From NCBI RefSeq assembly GCF_009914755.1, contig NC_060939.1: a stretch of DNA of 64,000 nt; one strand, given 5' to 3'. The translations under genes and the position numbers were made by a program. Below the pieces are notes generated by a model. The model ran no database searches and was not told the DNA's origin. It saw nothing but the letters and a program-made list of their open reading frames with translations. Source of the stretch: the human T2T-CHM13v2.0 reference genome, Homo sapiens. Below, piece after piece: positions 60,363 through 64,000 of the stretch; position 1 is the stretch's first letter, and each line of letters begins with the position of its first letter.

Positions 60363-60888
60363 AAAAAGCTAATTATTTAAAATGCACATGTACAATTCAT
60401 GCATCTTTTTAGTATAAATTTCAAAATTCAAAAACAATAGATAATTAAATGTAGGAAGGAGGTGGAGATGACTCCAAACCCACATCTCGTTTTCATTTAA
60501 AAATAAATAAATGAATAAAACTGACAGTGACCATCTAGTATTCTTCAATGTAGACAAAAATGGGTAGCCTTCTACACTGTGCAAAATTATTTCACAAATA
60601 GAAATATAGAAATATACTTTTGTAGAATATTAGATTTAAATCAAAGCTAAATGGAGATTATTTAATACATGTGACAATTATATGAGATCTCCTTTATTCT
60701 ATACTTCTAATATATGCTTAATAGTTAACTGTATGAAGACTAAGATTTTAAATCAATTATTCAGATGTTTAAGTTAGTCAAATGCAGTCCATTAAAATGC
60801 CCATTGTTTTATATTCCTGTCTCCTTTTAAGACAATTTTCAAACGTGAAATCAGACACAAGTCAGTGTACATAAGTCCTTCATCATCA

Positions 60889-61339
60889 TGAGAGGTGAGA
60901 CCAGCTGGACTTCCTGGGTCAAGTGGGGACTTGGGGAACTTTCCTGTCTTGTAAGAGGATTGAAAAACGCACCAATCAGTGCTCTGTAAAATGCACCAAT
61001 CAGTGCTCTGTAAAACGCATCAATCAGCAGGATTCTGAAAGTAGCCAGTCGTGGGGAGGATTGAAAAAAGGGCACTCTGATAGACAGAAACAGAACGTGG
61101 GAGGGGACAATAAGGGAATAAAATCTGGCCACTCCAGCCAGCAGCAGCAACCTGCTCCCATTCCTTTCCAAGCTGTGGAAGCTTAGTCTTTTCCTTCTTC
61201 ACAATAAACCTTGCTACCACTCACTCTTTGGGTCTGTGCCATCTTTAAGAGCTATTAACACTCACCACGAAGGTCCGCCTCTCCATTCTTGAAGTCAGCG
61301 AGACCACGAACCCACCGGCAGGAACCAACTCTGGACACA
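60889..61339 (+). mobile_element. ERV9-related solo LTR (LTR12F-like)
   Basis: tgagaggtgagaccagctggacttcctgggtc start, tandem caccaatcagtgctctgtaaaa, end ggaaccaactctggacaca; 4-bp TSD atca at 60885-60888 and 61340-61343. Confidence 0.92.
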
Positions 61340-63133
61340 ATCACACCATCTCATTTCTCCCAGGTGTGTTTATGATGTAACTGTAAGGCCACCACTGTTG
61401 TAAAATTTTAGGAGATTTAGATAAATCTTCTCATTTTTGCCTTTTAGAATAGTTGATACCATTTGAATACTTTTTACCTTTGTCTTATTTTCCAAAAGAA
61501 AACAGGAGTAGATGACTGGCACTCCATGAAGTTTGCTGAACTAAGCAACTCATCGGAAACAATGAAAAACACACAAAGCACAATATCTCATTAAATCCTC
61601 TTTTTCAACTGTGCTGTAAGGCTCATATCATTATTATTATTCTGCCCTTTTACAGAGGAGAAAATATACAAAGAGAAGATGAAGAGACAACCAAAGTAAG
61701 TGGCTGTGGTGGGGTATGAAGTCTGGTGGTTTGTTTTCTATTCTGCTCTGATGTATTGCCCCCTCTCCCAGACCATATGATTGGGCAAAAAGTTTATTAC
61801 TATAACTATGCATAGGTTATGTACTTTTATGAGCAAAAGAGTGATTTCACAATGTCTAGTGCAGTTCATTTACACTATTAAATTATTTTGCAAATTCTCA
61901 TCATAAGTAACATTTACTATGGGTAAATAATTCCCACACCAAGTAAATAATTAAATTAAGACAGCAGTGTTTTTAATAGATACTTCCTTTAAAACATTTT
62001 CTAAGCTCCTGCTTTCTGGGTGAGGCTGACTGTTCTAGGAGGTGATTGTCATGTGCTTATTTTCATTTTTCAGCATCCTTCATCATCACAACAGGCTAGT
62101 AATTAGTGAAAATAACAATTGCTATTGGTTAATGCAACATTTCAACTGTCATCCTGCTGCAGTGGGAGAAAAAGTTATTTTGTAAAATGAGAGCCCAGTG
62201 GTGCAGTTGTATTGACTTTTATGTCATATTTGTTTCAGTTTACTCGTCAAAACAAGTTTCACAGCTCCTCCTGCTCCAGAAGGTTCCGTTTGCTTTATGA
62301 AAATGAAGCTGTCTTGTTTTCTGGTTCATAAATCATTGTCAAGCGGAGCTAGATAACAGAAACAGGTTCAGATTCTGGAATGATTATCCTTAGAGATGAT
62401 GTATTAAATATACAGAATACAACTTGATTTTCATAAGCCACGTTGACTTTGCAGAACTAAGGCTGCAGGGGAAAATTATTTCATAAGAGGAGGGGTGAGA
62501 GCTCGCAAAATCTAACCAGGTGGGAACGATGGGAGAGGGAAGGAAGTAGAGCATTTTCACATGTAAAGATGTGTCTGCTTTCTCCAGTTTTCTCTCTATT
62601 ATTTACCTAATGTCATTTAAGCATTTGGTGCCTCTGTCTTCTATTAACAATATGGGAAGCATCTTTAGAAAAGAAGAGCTTCTCCTTCTTCCTAGATTAA
62701 CTACCGCTTTTCTTTCATCCTCTTCTCTGAATATTGTGGTATCATGTAAAATATTTCTTCTACCTCTTCGTAACTTAACCTCTCCCCCTGCAATGAGCTT
62801 GGTTTGAGTTGTACTTTTGGAGTTCCATATCTCATACCCAGTAGGCTTTCTAATGCCTCACCAGAGCCGCACAATCCACGGGAGTGAAATCTGGAGAAAA
62901 ATCACAGTGGAGTGAGAAAGAGTCACAGAAATACCCTGAGATCAGAAGTGTCTTTGTGGTAACTCAGGGAACAGGTTTCTTGCCACTGAATGGTGCTGAA
63001 GCTGATTTCCTTCTGAATGAAGACTTCAGACCACCAAGCCAACTTAAAAATGTATTTTGCTGAAAAAGAGAGGTTTCTTCTGTGTAAAATGTATTTTACT
63101 TCCTATTCAACTGCTTAGTTCCTATTGGAGCTC

Positions 63134-63493
63134 TGTATTAGTCTGTTCTCACGCTGCTAATAAAGACATACCCGAGACTGGGTAAGTAATAAAGAAAAAG
63201 AGGTTTAATGATCTCACAGTTCCACGTGGCTGGAGAGGCCTCCCAATCATGGCAGATGGAAAAAGCATGTCTTACAGGGTGGCAGACAAGAGAAAATGAG
63301 AAACAAGTGAAAAAGGTTTCCCCTTATAAAACCATCAGTTCTTGTGAAACTTATTCACTACCACGAGAACAGTATGGGAGAAACCACCCTTGTGATTCAA
63401 TTATGTCCCAACGGGTCCCTCCCACAACGTGTGGGATTATGGGAGCTACAATTCAAGATGAGATTTGGGTGAGGACAAAGCTAAACCACATCA
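63134..63493 (-). mobile_element. THE1B-like MaLR solo LTR
   Basis: tgtattagtctgttctcacgctgctaataaagacatacccgagactggg...aaccacatca; 5-bp TSD agctc at 63129-63133 and 63494-63498. Confidence 0.95.
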
Positions 63494-64000
63494 AGCTCCA
63501 AATCTCATTTCAGACATGAAGCCTCCTCTCCCCCCAGCCACTATCTGGGGCCCAGTTTCTCTGGCCATTCCCTTAGCACATCCCTGTCACTGATCTCTCT
63601 TCATGCTTATTACCGGGATCATCAAGAATTTATTGCATCATTAGTTTTTAAAATATTGGTCTCACTTGGTAAGATGAAGTTCCTTGGGGGTAGATGTCCA
63701 TGTACGTGCACACTGCTGTCTGTGGGCAGGTGCACACCGTATTAAGTATTCAGAGGCAGAGCATAAAGAGAAACAAAGAAATGTATTCAAAGCCACTCAA
63801 ACTTTGGAGTAAAACTTTTTCTAGCAGGCAGTTTAGGTGGAAATCCTAAGTATAGTCAAGATTCTATTCTATTTCAATTAGTACAATTTAATTCTTACTC
63901 AGAATAGAAGGGAAGAATATGCAAAGAGCAAAATGACATAAAGCATTGTTATGTCACTATGTATTTCCCATGTTATGAACAGGAACTTTTTCTGCCAGGA

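Overview
Hominoid (most likely human) genomic DNA, shown by AluY/AluS/AluJ, L1PA2, LTR12, THE1 and MST elements. Roughly half or more of the window is interspersed repeat. No ORF in the supplied track is a recognisable host protein; the only clear protein homology is a disrupted L1 ORF2 C-terminus. The main landmark is a small CpG island at about 28.9-29.4 kb. It has a minus-strand CCAAT box, an inverted pair of E2-boxes and a minus-strand splice donor at 28983, which fits the promoter and non-coding first exon of a minus-strand gene whose large first intron runs toward, and probably past, position 1. I cannot name the gene. About 35 kb to the right looks like upstream or intergenic DNA with solo LTRs and candidate enhancers. 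I found no convincing novel multi-gene system. The most interesting signals are an 85-nt hairpin with a 34-bp stem (12536-12620), a second 59-nt hairpin (52670-52728), a ~300-bp AT-rich quasi-palindrome (57605-57900), a candidate internal TATA promoter and alternative first exon at ~6.2-6.5 kb, and an Alu and an L1 inserted back to back at one target site (36231-37406). Repeat subfamily names come from recalled consensus features and boundaries are approximate unless a target-site duplication (TSD) is given.
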